DNA of 63,263 bases from a virus (Duplodnaviria > Caudoviricetes), in IMG/VR virus record IMGVR_UViG_3300013885_000001, positions 1-63,263 of that record; one strand, given 5' to 3'. The first letter of the stretch is position 1; each line of letters starts with the position of its first letter. Below, one piece after another: positions 50,475-60,248 of this stretch. The position numbers and the translations under genes were made by a program. The notes beneath the pieces are model-generated. The model worked only from the letters and a program-made list of their open reading frames with translations. It was not told the origin of the DNA and did not search any database.

Positions 50475-50494
50475 ACATTGTTTAAGAGTTTTCT
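50475..50494 (-). promoter_or_regulatory. Conserved viral promoter-like motif
   Basis: Reverse complement AGAAAACTCTTAAACAATGT. Confidence 0.72.
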
Positions 50495-50505
50495 TAAACT
50501 TTCCT

Positions 50506-50817
50506 CTAAAGCACCTTATCAATTTCTATGTCTACATCATCCTGATGATAATACCGCTCTAACCATAACAGACAATAACCAACTATATCGGTCAGTGTTT
50601 CACATATGAAATTCTTCTGACTCTCACTTAGATCTTCCATGAGTTTATTCTTATTCCATAGGGTTTTAAGCCTTGCAAATTTATCTGATAACCGAATATA
50701 TATGCCCAGCTCACCATTCTCTATATAAGCATCTCCATATTGTCTGTTTTTCTCTATTACAAGATCTATTATATCTATAGCCACATCATACAATCTACTT
50801 CTATTTACCATTTCCAT
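50506..50817 (-). CDS. DUF1599 / nucleotide-modification-associated helical domain protein
   Basis: KNRQYGDA, IRLSDKFARL, TLTDIVGYCLL. Confidence 0.7.
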   Translation of the reverse strand: MEMVNRSRLYDVAIDIIDLVIEKNRQYGDAYIENGELGIYIRLSDKFARLKTLWNKNKLMEDLSESQKNFICETLTDIVGYCLLWLERYYHQDDVDIEIDKVL

Positions 50818-50859
50818 TCACACACTCCTTTTTGAATATTTAACTAAAGATATGTGATA

Positions 50860-51096
50860 TTACCTCTGTTTCAATCTCTCTGACAACCTCATGATCACTT
50901 GATCTGTAGCAAGTTGAATATGCCTACTTGTTAGGATCTGTTTCCCATCAAACTTGAGTAGTCTAATAGCCTCACTGACAAGCTCGTTTATATACTCTTC
51001 TCCCAATGCAACTAAAAAATCTAAAGCCTCTTTCCGGATGTGATATCCACTTTCCTTAATATTATCATTCAGGACACTTTTTTTAATTACACTCAT
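50860..51096 (-). CDS. Histone-fold protein (78 aa)
   Basis: GGAGGT RBS before ATG 51096; IRKEALDFL...EEYINELVSEAIRLLKFDGKQILTSRHIQLA follows the HMf-type alpha2-L2-alpha3 pattern. Confidence 0.72.
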   Translation of the reverse strand: MSVIKKSVLNDNIKESGYHIRKEALDFLVALGEEYINELVSEAIRLLKFDGKQILTSRHIQLATDQVIMRLSERLKQR

Positions 51097-51112
51097 ATTA
51101 TACCTCCTACTC

Positions 51113-53446
51113 TTAAATACTACAGGTACCACTTTTACAAGACAAATCGAAATCCCAACTAATAGGTTGGTCACGTCTTGAGTTATTTCTATAAATAGTT
51201 ATACCTTTACATCTCATCTTCCAAGCCTTAGTATAGATATCTTTAACTTCATCAACTGTAGCAGATTCATACAGATTGATAGTCTTTGAGACTCCCAGAT
51301 CAACTATTTCTTGTGCTGCTGCCTGTATCTTCAAGTGTTCAATTGCTGGTATCTCAAAAGCTATCCTAAATACCTTTTTCTCATCCTTAGAAAATACGTC
51401 TATATTGGCTATAGAGCTATCCCGTTTGATCTGCTCAATAGTCTCTTGGTCTAAGTCTGGAAACCTCTCTTTAAACACTTGATTTACTTCAATTAAGACC
51501 GATCCGTCTAATATCCTTCTCTCATACATCCAACCAAAAGGTGGCTCAATTCCTGATGTGCAATTACAGATGGTACTTAATGTGCCAGTGGGTGCAATAG
51601 ACATCAGGTTAGCATTTGATCTACCATTATACACCTTAGGATATTCCAGATTACACGATATCTCATGTGCTTCATCTCGGATTATGCTCAGTAGTCTTCT
51701 TAACTCTCTTACTGATTCATCAGAACCATAGACTAAGTTATGTTTCAGACAATAGTCTCCAAATCCCATAACACCGATACCTATCTTCCTGAACCGTTTC
51801 ATGGCACGTTGTAGTTCTTTGTATGGCAATCTGTTCTTATCTATTATCCTATTAAGTAACAATGTCATGACCGATGCACTCTCTCTCAGCTGATCATCAT
51901 TTTCATATTTAGCTAAATTCAATGATCCTAAGTTACAGCTTTCCCACGGTAATAATGGACTTTCACCACAGTTTTTAGTGAGCACCAAATGTCGATTACC
52001 TATAAAGTCTGCATCAGATACGATGTAGTAGTTATGAGTCCCAGATACAGTCATATTATAAACATCCTCTTTTCTATTTCCGCTTATTACATGCTTAACT
52101 TTATAGTAAATGTTGTCGTCTCCCTTCAGATAATCTCCACTAACCAACTCTTTAGCCTCTTTCAATTGTCCATTCTTCAGATAGAACTTATGATCAGGTG
52201 TGACTGTAAATACTGCATAATTAGTCAATACAACTTTAACAACGGATGTATTCTCTCTTGTTTTTCTGATATTATAAGCTCTATGATAGGCATCTTTACC
52301 GGTCACATAGTTATGAGATAAGACCCAGACATCCTCCTCACTAACAAGATCCTTAATTTTCTTATATCCTTGAGTGGTTTTAATCAGAGTATTCCCACTT
52401 ACACAAGGATTGGTCATGGTGATGGGTTTATCTCCAACATAATTATCCTCGTTTATTCTATCATAAAATAGCATGCCCGGATCTCCACTCTTCCACGCCT
52501 CATAGCATATCAGATTAAAGATCTGTTGTGCCTTGACTTTTCTAACTACTCCCTTAGAATGTGGTGATATAAGATTAACATAGTCATTATCTTCAAGCGC
52601 ATACATAAAGTTATTATCCACCATCACTGAGAAGTTAAAAGATGATACATTCTCATTCTCTTTCATTATGATGAAGTCAAGTATATCGGGATGCGTATAG
52701 TTTAAACAAGCCATATTAGCTCCTCTTCTTCTACCACCTTGTTTAATCTCTGTAGTTGCTGCATTATAAATCCTAATCCACGATAGCAAACCAGATGATC
52801 CTTGAGATGATCCACTTATAGGTGCATCCTTTTCTCTCAGATTTGAAAAATCAAATCCAGTTCCTCCTCCATATTTGTGGATTACAACAGCCTTCTTTAA
52901 GGTTTCAAATATACCCTCTAAGGAGTCTTCAACAGGCAAACAGAAACACGCTGAATATAGATGCATTGGAGTCCCTGCGTTTGCTAATGCGGGTGAGTTT
53001 GGTAATCCTCGCATTTCTACAAACAAATTATAAAATAATTCTTGCTCCCTCTTATTAGTCCCAAAGTATCTTGATACTCTCCTTAACATGCCTAAGGGTG
53101 TCTCATCACCATATAAACAACGTTCCTTTAAGACCTGTAGTGCATTCTTAGATATACCCCAATCGTCTAAAACAGGAAACTGTTGTGATTCTCTCTTCTG
53201 CATCCTATACAGTATAAATTTCTTAGCTGTGTTATAACACCCAAATTCCATAAGCACCTTCTCAATGGTATCTCCTATTATATTAGTATCCAAGTTATCT
53301 CCCTTATCCCGCAATATTTCCATAACCCGATCAAAACAACCATCTTTTTCTTGCTCTCCAGATGCCGCAAACGCTTTAGATATAGATGCTCTTATCTTCT
53401 TAGGATTTAGATCCTCAAACTTATTACTTCTCTTTCTAACTTTCAT
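51113..53446 (-). CDS. nrdJ: Class II (B12) ribonucleotide reductase with ATP cone and intein
   Basis: PNSP, SACF, QGGRRRGANM, TNP/CGE, SIAPTGT, VSKTIN. Confidence 0.92.
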   Translation of the reverse strand: MKVRKRSNKFEDLNPKKIRASISKAFAASGEQEKDGCFDRVMEILRDKGDNLDTNIIGDTIEKVLMEFGCYNTAKKFILYRMQKRESQQFPVLDDWGISKNALQVLKERCLYGDETPLGMLRRVSRYFGTNKREQELFYNLFVEMRGLPNSPALANAGTPMHLYSACFCLPVEDSLEGIFETLKKAVVIHKYGGGTGFDFSNLREKDAPISGSSQGSSGLLSWIRIYNAATTEIKQGGRRRGANMACLNYTHPDILDFIIMKENENVSSFNFSVMVDNNFMYALEDNDYVNLISPHSKGVVRKVKAQQIFNLICYEAWKSGDPGMLFYDRINEDNYVGDKPITMTNPCVSGNTLIKTTQGYKKIKDLVSEEDVWVLSHNYVTGKDAYHRAYNIRKTRENTSVVKVVLTNYAVFTVTPDHKFYLKNGQLKEAKELVSGDYLKGDDNIYYKVKHVISGNRKEDVYNMTVSGTHNYYIVSDADFIGNRHLVLTKNCGESPLLPWESCNLGSLNLAKYENDDQLRESASVMTLLLNRIIDKNRLPYKELQRAMKRFRKIGIGVMGFGDYCLKHNLVYGSDESVRELRRLLSIIRDEAHEISCNLEYPKVYNGRSNANLMSIAPTGTLSTICNCTSGIEPPFGWMYERRILDGSVLIEVNQVFKERFPDLDQETIEQIKRDSSIANIDVFSKDEKKVFRIAFEIPAIEHLKIQAAAQEIVDLGVSKTINLYESATVDEVKDIYTKAWKMRCKGITIYRNNSRRDQPISWDFDLSCKSGTCSI
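51971..52405 (-). mobile_element. Mini-intein (145 aa) without endonuclease
   Basis: Starts CVSGNTLI; VTPDHKF; VYNMTV..THNY; ends TKN followed by the catalytic Cys. Confidence 0.9.
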
Positions 53447-53479
53447 TTGTTATCACCTCCTCAACACTTGTACATCTTC

Positions 53480-54109
53480 CTATTCACGATAAACTATATT
53501 ACCTGCCTCTTCTATTGCCTTCTGTTTGGTTAAACAAGCTACGCACTCACCACAAGGTCTTTCTTGATCCTTAATACAATCCCATGTCTCATCGATAGGC
53601 ACACCCAACATCAAGGCTTCTCTTGCTATTTCCGTTTTATTGAGATAGATGAATGGTGCATCAATTCTTATGAGATTGCCATTCACTCCGCTCTGAGTTC
53701 CAAACCTTATTGTGGTACCAAACGATTGAATAAATTCCAAACGACAATCAACATACCTATTATAATCAGTAAGATTAGCTCCATAACTAACAGTTTCTGC
53801 ACCTACCCGATTAGCGTATGCTATACCGTATGATAGAAATATAAGTTGCTTTCCCTCAAACGCACCATAGCTTAAACTTGTATCCGACCTATGATCTACA
53901 ATTTTATCAAGATTAAGCTCAATAAGTTGGTGCTCCTTCACTCCCAACATCTCGCCTATCTTCATGGCTGCTTCTAACTTTCTCTTGTTTTCTCGTCCAT
54001 ACCTGAACGTCAGTGCATAGATATCCTTTTGCTCTTTGTGTTTCAAATAATATGCTAATGTGCTACTATCTAAGCCTCCCGATAGAAGTACTATAGCTCG
54101 TTTGTTCAT
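53480..54109 (-). CDS. queC: QueC-like PP-loop ATPase (7-cyano-7-deazaguanine synthase family), divergent
   Basis: LLSGGLDS, YVDCR.EF, TWDC...CGECVAC. Confidence 0.8.
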   Translation of the reverse strand: MNKRAIVLLSGGLDSSTLAYYLKHKEQKDIYALTFRYGRENKRKLEAAMKIGEMLGVKEHQLIELNLDKIVDHRSDTSLSYGAFEGKQLIFLSYGIAYANRVGAETVSYGANLTDYNRYVDCRLEFIQSFGTTIRFGTQSGVNGNLIRIDAPFIYLNKTEIAREALMLGVPIDETWDCIKDQERPCGECVACLTKQKAIEEAGNIVYRE

Positions 54110-54124
54110 TTTATCATCTCCATA

Positions 54125-54144
54125 TTACTATTTAAGAGGTTTCT
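54125..54144 (-). promoter_or_regulatory. Variant of the conserved promoter motif upstream of queC
   Basis: Reverse complement AGAAACCTCTTAAATAGTAA. Confidence 0.6.
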
Positions 54145-54148
54145 AAAT

Positions 54149-54844
54149 TTATACATAGACCAGCGATGGAAGATTGTCACATATCCTTACGAACCCGGGT
54201 ACCTGCATTGGATAAGTTGATGATACCTTAAGATACTCAATTTTAGATATATCGAATAGACCTCCTGACTCAATGATAAAGTGTTTACCACTTGCATCCT
54301 TGCTAAGTGATAATCTATGTTGATGTGCTGCCACCACGTTCATCCTATACTTTTCTGCTAATCTTTTAGATACTGACAATGGAACGAATGAGTAGTTTTT
54401 CGGATGGCATATATACCAGCTGTCATTGAGAACACAGTGATCATAGTTAGTTACCTTATAGTCTTCATCCTCGTTTAGTTCACCTCTGAAGAGGCTTATA
54501 AGATCAGATAGATCATTCTCTCCACCAAGTTTAGATAAAAATCTATCCTCGTGGTTGCCTCTTAGAAAATATATATTCTTAAAGACTGATAATGAGGTTA
54601 ACACCCGATTAGCTTGTTCCAACTCACGTTTAAATGTAAGCTCTCTATATTCAAAATTTAAAAAGTCCGTCATTTTAAAACAATCCAAGAAATCTCCTGC
54701 TATTATCAGATCAGTTATATTATGTTTTTTAGCCATATCCAAAAGTTTCTGTATATGTCTCTGGCTGTGGAATGGCACATGATAATCTGAAGATACGATT
54801 ACATCACTGGCATAGATCCTTAACTCTTTTCTTAGCATCTTCAC
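54149..54844 (-). CDS. Calcineurin-like metallophosphoesterase
   Basis: SDYH, GDFLD, GNHE, AHQH. Confidence 0.88.
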   Translation of the reverse strand: MKMLRKELRIYASDVIVSSDYHVPFHSQRHIQKLLDMAKKHNITDLIIAGDFLDCFKMTDFLNFEYRELTFKRELEQANRVLTSLSVFKNIYFLRGNHEDRFLSKLGGENDLSDLISLFRGELNEDEDYKVTNYDHCVLNDSWYICHPKNYSFVPLSVSKRLAEKYRMNVVAAHQHRLSLSKDASGKHFIIESGGLFDISKIEYLKVSSTYPMQVPGFVRICDNLPSLVYV

Positions 54845-54995
54845 CTCTCCGCAAATGATATATTTTACGCTCTATAGATTTAGGACTTCTCAACAGTATT
54901 CTACCTATATCTTTATAAGGGACATTATACGCTTTCAATATTTTCAAACACTCAACTTCGTGTTCAGTCCACCTCTCAAACTGTCTGAAGTTCAT
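54804..54995 (-). CDS. Small Myb/HTH-like DNA-binding protein
   Basis: WTEHE...YKDIGRILLRSPKSI. Confidence 0.6.
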   Translation of the reverse strand: MNFRQFERWTEHEVECLKILKAYNVPYKDIGRILLRSPKSIERKIYHLRRGEDAKKRVKDLCQ

Positions 54996-54998
54996 TTT

Positions 54999-56999
54999 TT
55001 ACATATCCTCCATAAACTCAAAGTCATCTAACGACAGAGTAATAAGATCTTTCACACGTGAGATACTTCTCTCACATGTTTTATCATAATCTATTTTGTA
55101 TCCGTCTAATTTAGACAGATCTTTAGGCAAAGCAAGTATATCAGTGTATGGCACTCCAGAAGGACAACTCTTAACATATACTAACATTCCTAAATCCTCA
55201 TATTCAGTCTCGCCTATATACCTGTGTGTATATTCCAGAGCCCTTGCAGCTTGAGTTTTAACTCTATATGCCTTATCTAAGCGTATCTTTCTGGGAAATG
55301 CAATATAATGTAGAGGATGCTCCTTAATCATAGCTAACTGCCTACTAACATTAGCTGCAATCTCCCGTTTCTTTAACCCATTCAACAGACCCTTTATGAC
55401 ATCAAACTCTATATCTTTCTGTAGATTTGAAGTATCACCTCTCACTATACCCATACCCTTAATAACATATTTGTCGGGTTCATTAAACAGCACATATTGT
55501 TTCTTAGTTTTGATAAACACCTTCTCCCAAAGTCCTTTGAACTCAACTCTAAATTTATCCACAAAGTTAAACTCACTGACATAGTCGTTTAGGATATCAT
55601 CTATGAACAGCCCAGACTTTTTGTCTGGATCATCCGATACAAACACAGAGTCCGTGTCTGCATAAACGATATTAAACCCTCTATCTTCTAAACCTGATTT
55701 TAGATACTGTATTACACTCCTACCAATTGAAGTTATCGACTCAGCTATTGTTCTGTTGTATATACGAGAGTTGACAAACCCAAATTGACCATATATTGCA
55801 TTGATAACTGATGTCTTTAAGGCTTCTTGTTGGATATAGTATCTTCTATCTCCAGTCTCCTTGTATTTCTTTTTTAATATCATTCTTTCTGAGATTAGCT
55901 CTTTTAGGATTTTAGGTATTATTCCAAACGGTTTACTCTTGAACCTAATACCATTCTCTAACAATATGTCTCCTGATGCATCAAACGTCTCAAGTGATAT
56001 ATTAGATGCTATGATAATTGTAGGATACAGAGCTGTGAAATCCCAAATAGCTACATTCTCGTATCTGCCGGGATTGGCATAGACATATGCTCCCTCGTAT
56101 TTCCCACCATTATTACGCCATTTACAAGTTCTTAGAACATACCCCGATCGGTTAAACGATCTTAGTAAAATTATATCATCAAAAGTAGATGAGCTTAAGG
56201 TATCTTTTATTAGGCATCTGCCTATGCTTGCCAGATACGTAAAGTAAAACATTATCTCAAATTTCTCATCAAGAAGCTTTATAATCTCAGTATCTCGTCT
56301 ATTATACTCCTCCAGCTCTTCCTTACTAAGATCTTCAGGGTGTCTTGGACCTAAATCTATCTTCTCACTGTCTACCAGTTTTGCCACAGTGGATAGCTTA
56401 AAGTTGCTGATGGGATCAGTCCATATCTTACGAAACATCGTGAGTAAATCAAGATACTCGATGCTCATTGGAATACTAAAGTTTTTTCTCTGAAGTATCT
56501 TATAGTCCCATTCACTCCAAGATGTGATAATATCATACCCAACTATAAACGAATCGAATTCACTAAGTATCTCTTTCTCCTTTGAAGCACAATACATTTC
56601 CCTACCATCATTTGTCATAGCTGACAACGCTATAATATTATCCTTCCTATCAGCCTCGATATCGAAGTATACTACTCTTGGTTCTATAAATAACTCATCC
56701 TCAAGGACATCAATTAAGATCCTCCGATCGAACGGGATATCTCCTTCATAGGTATGTTTAAATTGCTTTCTAAGCTTTCTAACTTTTGTTAGATCTTCTA
56801 CAACTACCTTCCTAATAGTACTCCGCTCTCTCAGAGTGCCACCTCTTCGATCATCTACGTAGAAATAAGGCTTGATCTTATTAGAATACCACACCTCTTT
56901 TTCATCATCTTCATTTCGTCCAAAGAACATCATCATAGGAGTTCTACCATACCCAGATGAATAAACTTGCCCATCTATCTCAGGTGTTAGCTCTTTCAT
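54999..56999 (-). CDS. polB: Family B DNA polymerase
   Basis: FDIE, YNRRD, DFTALYPT, INAIYG, YADTDS. Confidence 0.94.
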   Translation of the reverse strand: MKELTPEIDGQVYSSGYGRTPMMMFFGRNEDDEKEVWYSNKIKPYFYVDDRRGGTLRERSTIRKVVVEDLTKVRKLRKQFKHTYEGDIPFDRRILIDVLEDELFIEPRVVYFDIEADRKDNIIALSAMTNDGREMYCASKEKEILSEFDSFIVGYDIITSWSEWDYKILQRKNFSIPMSIEYLDLLTMFRKIWTDPISNFKLSTVAKLVDSEKIDLGPRHPEDLSKEELEEYNRRDTEIIKLLDEKFEIMFYFTYLASIGRCLIKDTLSSSTFDDIILLRSFNRSGYVLRTCKWRNNGGKYEGAYVYANPGRYENVAIWDFTALYPTIIIASNISLETFDASGDILLENGIRFKSKPFGIIPKILKELISERMILKKKYKETGDRRYYIQQEALKTSVINAIYGQFGFVNSRIYNRTIAESITSIGRSVIQYLKSGLEDRGFNIVYADTDSVFVSDDPDKKSGLFIDDILNDYVSEFNFVDKFRVEFKGLWEKVFIKTKKQYVLFNEPDKYVIKGMGIVRGDTSNLQKDIEFDVIKGLLNGLKKREIAANVSRQLAMIKEHPLHYIAFPRKIRLDKAYRVKTQAARALEYTHRYIGETEYEDLGMLVYVKSCPSGVPYTDILALPKDLSKLDGYKIDYDKTCERSISRVKDLITLSLDDFEFMEDM

Positions 57000-57858
57000 T
57001 TATCTTGCCCCGTCGACAATCTATACATAAGTTATATTTCTTAAGTGTTTTACATCGAGGGAGGATATACTTCCCATTTCTTATATGCTTAATCTGATAC
57101 CATACTATCTTAGGGTTCCAATCCACCCAACCCTTCTTCTCCAAGTCTCTAAATATCTGCAGATCAGAGTATCCCTCGATTATCTTGTAGATCACGTAAA
57201 AGACTCTTGCTAAATGAGGTGGCTCATCTTCCTTAATGAAATGATCTAAACATGGATAGGTATGAAGCTCTGATATACGCATATCCAAGATATTAGTTGA
57301 CTCATTAAATTTAACTTTATCAAAGTACGTAGCATCATTCTCCCAGAGCAAGAGATCCAATTGAGGAGTTTGGTTTTCAGTCCTAAATATCTCTTTACAT
57401 AATTTGCCATTCTTCTCATTGATGGTTCCAGGTATTCTCATCAATCTCTTTACATCTCCAACAATATGCGGATCTGCTGATTTCAATCTCAGCCCATCTA
57501 TGATATCCCGTTGAAACTTGAACAGGTCTTTATCAGTATAATGATGTTCAACCACCCTTAAATATACGTGATAGCCATTACCAGAAAAAATCACTCTGTA
57601 TGTTAGCCCATTCAAATCAAAAAATCTACATAACTTTGAGACATCATGCTTAGCGTTCGACCCGTCAAGATCAAATGGCACATAAGTTAAATATGGTTCC
57701 TGATCATACTGACAAACACTTATAAAGCATGGATTAATACCATTATTCTCTTCAATAAGCGTCTCAAGTCGTTGCATCGAATAGACTTTTACCTGATAGG
57801 GATTTCCAAACATTCTATAACTCCCTTTATCAATCGTCACCAAGTCCATCCATCTCAT
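56980..57858 (-). CDS. Archaeo-eukaryotic primase with C-terminal Cys-containing (PriL/PriX-like) domain
   Basis: FDLD, SGNGYHVY, RLMRIPGTIN; C-terminal PC...PRC...CIDC. Confidence 0.85.
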   Translation of the reverse strand: MRWMDLVTIDKGSYRMFGNPYQVKVYSMQRLETLIEENNGINPCFISVCQYDQEPYLTYVPFDLDGSNAKHDVSKLCRFFDLNGLTYRVIFSGNGYHVYLRVVEHHYTDKDLFKFQRDIIDGLRLKSADPHIVGDVKRLMRIPGTINEKNGKLCKEIFRTENQTPQLDLLLWENDATYFDKVKFNESTNILDMRISELHTYPCLDHFIKEDEPPHLARVFYVIYKIIEGYSDLQIFRDLEKKGWVDWNPKIVWYQIKHIRNGKYILPRCKTLKKYNLCIDCRRGKINERANT

Positions 57859-57968
57859 CCCACAACCGATACTTTCTTCCTGCCATGCTCTTCACCTATC
57901 CATTAACTACCACTTTCTTAATCATCCCTAAACATTGAGACCATAGAAGAGACTACAATCTATAGATG

Positions 57969-58574
57969 TCATTCATTATAGAACTCATATATGTTCTTAG
58001 ATGTCTTCTTCCCTAAACCCTCATTCATTAGATCGTCAACAGTTGCATTGGCTATATTCTTGATTGTTCCAAATTTACTCAGTAACATCTCTGCCCTCTT
58101 AAATGATACACCTCTTATACAACTTAATGAGGCATGCCTTAGATACTTGATATCCCGACCTTTCCTGATGGGAAGTGAGGGAGTGGATGGTGTCTCTTTA
58201 CGCTTATCAATGAATTTTAGATATTCAATAAATTCGTCATCATCATAGAAATACATCAGTGGTAACTTATACTTTAAGATAAGAGATCGGACTATTCCGA
58301 AATATACATTCTTATTCTTCTTAATACCTGATAAATAGAGTGCCTTCCAGATATTACCAGTGATCGCTATTATGCTATTGTAGTCTGTTTGATTCTTAAG
58401 CTCATAGGCTTGTAGCCACAATCTACCATCAAGTAATGATGTAACAAGATCTTTTGCCGTCTTCCGCTCATACAACTCATTCCCTACTATGTAATCTCCC
58501 ACCTTCAACTCATCCAGTTTAGCATCTGCAAATTTGTCCCGTATTTCCTTAGGCTCTCTTTTATCTATGATCAT
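57969..58574 (-). CDS. ERCC4/XPF-family nuclease with HhH domain
   Basis: IDKRE, GDY, ERKT..DL, GRLWLQ; IRGVS...GLGKK. Confidence 0.9.
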   Translation of the reverse strand: MIIDKREPKEIRDKFADAKLDELKVGDYIVGNELYERKTAKDLVTSLLDGRLWLQAYELKNQTDYNSIIAITGNIWKALYLSGIKKNKNVYFGIVRSLILKYKLPLMYFYDDDEFIEYLKFIDKRKETPSTPSLPIRKGRDIKYLRHASLSCIRGVSFKRAEMLLSKFGTIKNIANATVDDLMNEGLGKKTSKNIYEFYNE

Positions 58575-59368
58575 TCTAAGTCAGCATAACCATAGTCTTC
58601 TTTGATCATTACAGGCTTGAACTCAGATTCCATGCTACCAGTCCATCTGTATCTTTGTACTCTCCTGCCACGCATGCCAACCTTATCAAACAGAGGTTTA
58701 TCTGCTTTCTTAAGAAGGATGAGATATTTAGAAAGATACATAAGAACAGGACCACCAAATGGATTCTGTTTATCAGCAAAAGCTATTGGATTTACTGATG
58801 CATGATGAGTTAGAATAAATGTATTACCATACTCCTCCATACACTCAGTCATTGCACCGAATAGTTGAGTTTCAATTATACTTCTCGCTCCTAAATTCTG
58901 TGGCTCCATTACCATCGTTAATTTAATCATCTCACTGAATGAATCTAAGACTATCAGGTCATACTTAGAAAGATCCTCTCGAGTCCATTCACCATTAGTC
59001 TTCCGTTCCTTGATCTCCTTGCTTTTCATATCTCGTATCTGGATAGATATCTTATCTTTACTCTTATCAAGATCAATATAGATATTGAGCATAGCTCCAA
59101 ATGCTTGACTGTTCAAGACCTTACAATAGTCTGGTATCTTGTCAACTTTAAATCTATCAAGAAATATCTTAGCAATTTTGTCAGAGTCATACTCAGAGGG
59201 TGTTGTAATATGCAAACATTTCTTACCATCGTGGATAGCGTTCATCATAACTTGAGTGGCTAATAGAGACTTACCAGTATTAGGGAGAGCAAAAATCCCA
59301 GAGACTCTTTGCTCTGGGAAGCCTCCAAATATTAATTCATCAATAGTTTTAACATCAGTTGCATACAT
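58571..59368 (-). CDS. RecA-superfamily (RadA/RadB-like) ATPase
   Basis: IDELIFGGFP, PNTGKS, LIVLDS. Confidence 0.8.
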   Translation of the reverse strand: MYATDVKTIDELIFGGFPEQRVSGIFALPNTGKSLLATQVMMNAIHDGKKCLHITTPSEYDSDKIAKIFLDRFKVDKIPDYCKVLNSQAFGAMLNIYIDLDKSKDKISIQIRDMKSKEIKERKTNGEWTREDLSKYDLIVLDSFSEMIKLTMVMEPQNLGARSIIETQLFGAMTECMEEYGNTFILTHHASVNPIAFADKQNPFGGPVLMYLSKYLILLKKADKPLFDKVGMRGRRVQRYRWTGSMESEFKPVMIKEDYGYADLE

Positions 59369-59386
59369 ATAGCACCTTACACCTCC

Positions 59387-60067
59387 TTACTCTTCTCCTT
59401 TATTATCATCCAATTCTGTATCATCGAATTCTATCTCATCTTCTCCCGATCCTACGTCAGTCATATTGTCCTTCTTATAGATCAATCTATCCTGTCTCAC
59501 CTCAATCCGCCTCATATTCCTGGCAACCTTATCAAACTGCTCCGATGTAATCTTAAATACATTTCGTATTATGTTTCTGACATCTGATAGAGATGCCTCT
59601 CCACCATTTGCTCTCACCATAGATTCTATTTCCATCTGGATATCAGCTACTTTCCTCTGAGGTAAGTCTCGGGACAAGTCAGAACGTGGCTTAGCAGATT
59701 TTCGAGATCCAGCAAATCCCTCAAATCTCACTGTCCAATCATACATGCTATCCCGTTGAATTGTGAATATAGGTTGTTTGTTCTCAAGATCATCTAAAGA
59801 TATATTCCTTATAGCCATCTCTTTCTTTAATGCCCGTCGAAGTCCTAACTGACCTATTAGTAACTTCCTTTCTTCATTAGGCACTATATTAATTTCCGCT
59901 AACCACTGATTCCATCTTACTTCATCTCCAATTGGATTTTCCTCACCTTTCTGATAGAGCCAGAACCCTGTAAGGAACTTTATACATGCTTTTTGTCCCT
60001 CTTTTAAAGATACATATGAACCGAAGTCCATACTATCCCATTCTGCCTGAGTCATTTTTCTTGGCAT
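59387..60067 (-). CDS. Hypothetical protein, possibly ssDNA-binding, with acidic tail
   Basis: First gene of the replication operon; acidic C-terminus. Confidence 0.5.
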   Translation of the reverse strand: MPRKMTQAEWDSMDFGSYVSLKEGQKACIKFLTGFWLYQKGEENPIGDEVRWNQWLAEINIVPNEERKLLIGQLGLRRALKKEMAIRNISLDDLENKQPIFTIQRDSMYDWTVRFEGFAGSRKSAKPRSDLSRDLPQRKVADIQMEIESMVRANGGEASLSDVRNIIRNVFKITSEQFDKVARNMRRIEVRQDRLIYKKDNMTDVGSGEDEIEFDDTELDDNKGEE

Positions 60068-60096
60068 ATTTTACCTCCTTAATTTTTTCTTATCAC

Positions 60097-60116
60097 TAAT
60101 TGTTTAAGAGTTTTCT
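60097..60116 (-). promoter_or_regulatory. Conserved promoter motif ahead of the replication operon
   Basis: Reverse complement AGAAAACTCTTAAACAATTA. Confidence 0.75.
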
Positions 60117-60248
60117 AAACGATTGTGGGTTTCAGTCTTTTTACTGATACATCCTCCTCAATATACATTTAAGAGTTACATAAAAATAATAAGCTTTAAA
60201 TATCATAAGAGTTTAATAAACCATCATTCATTCAGGAGAGGTGATGTA

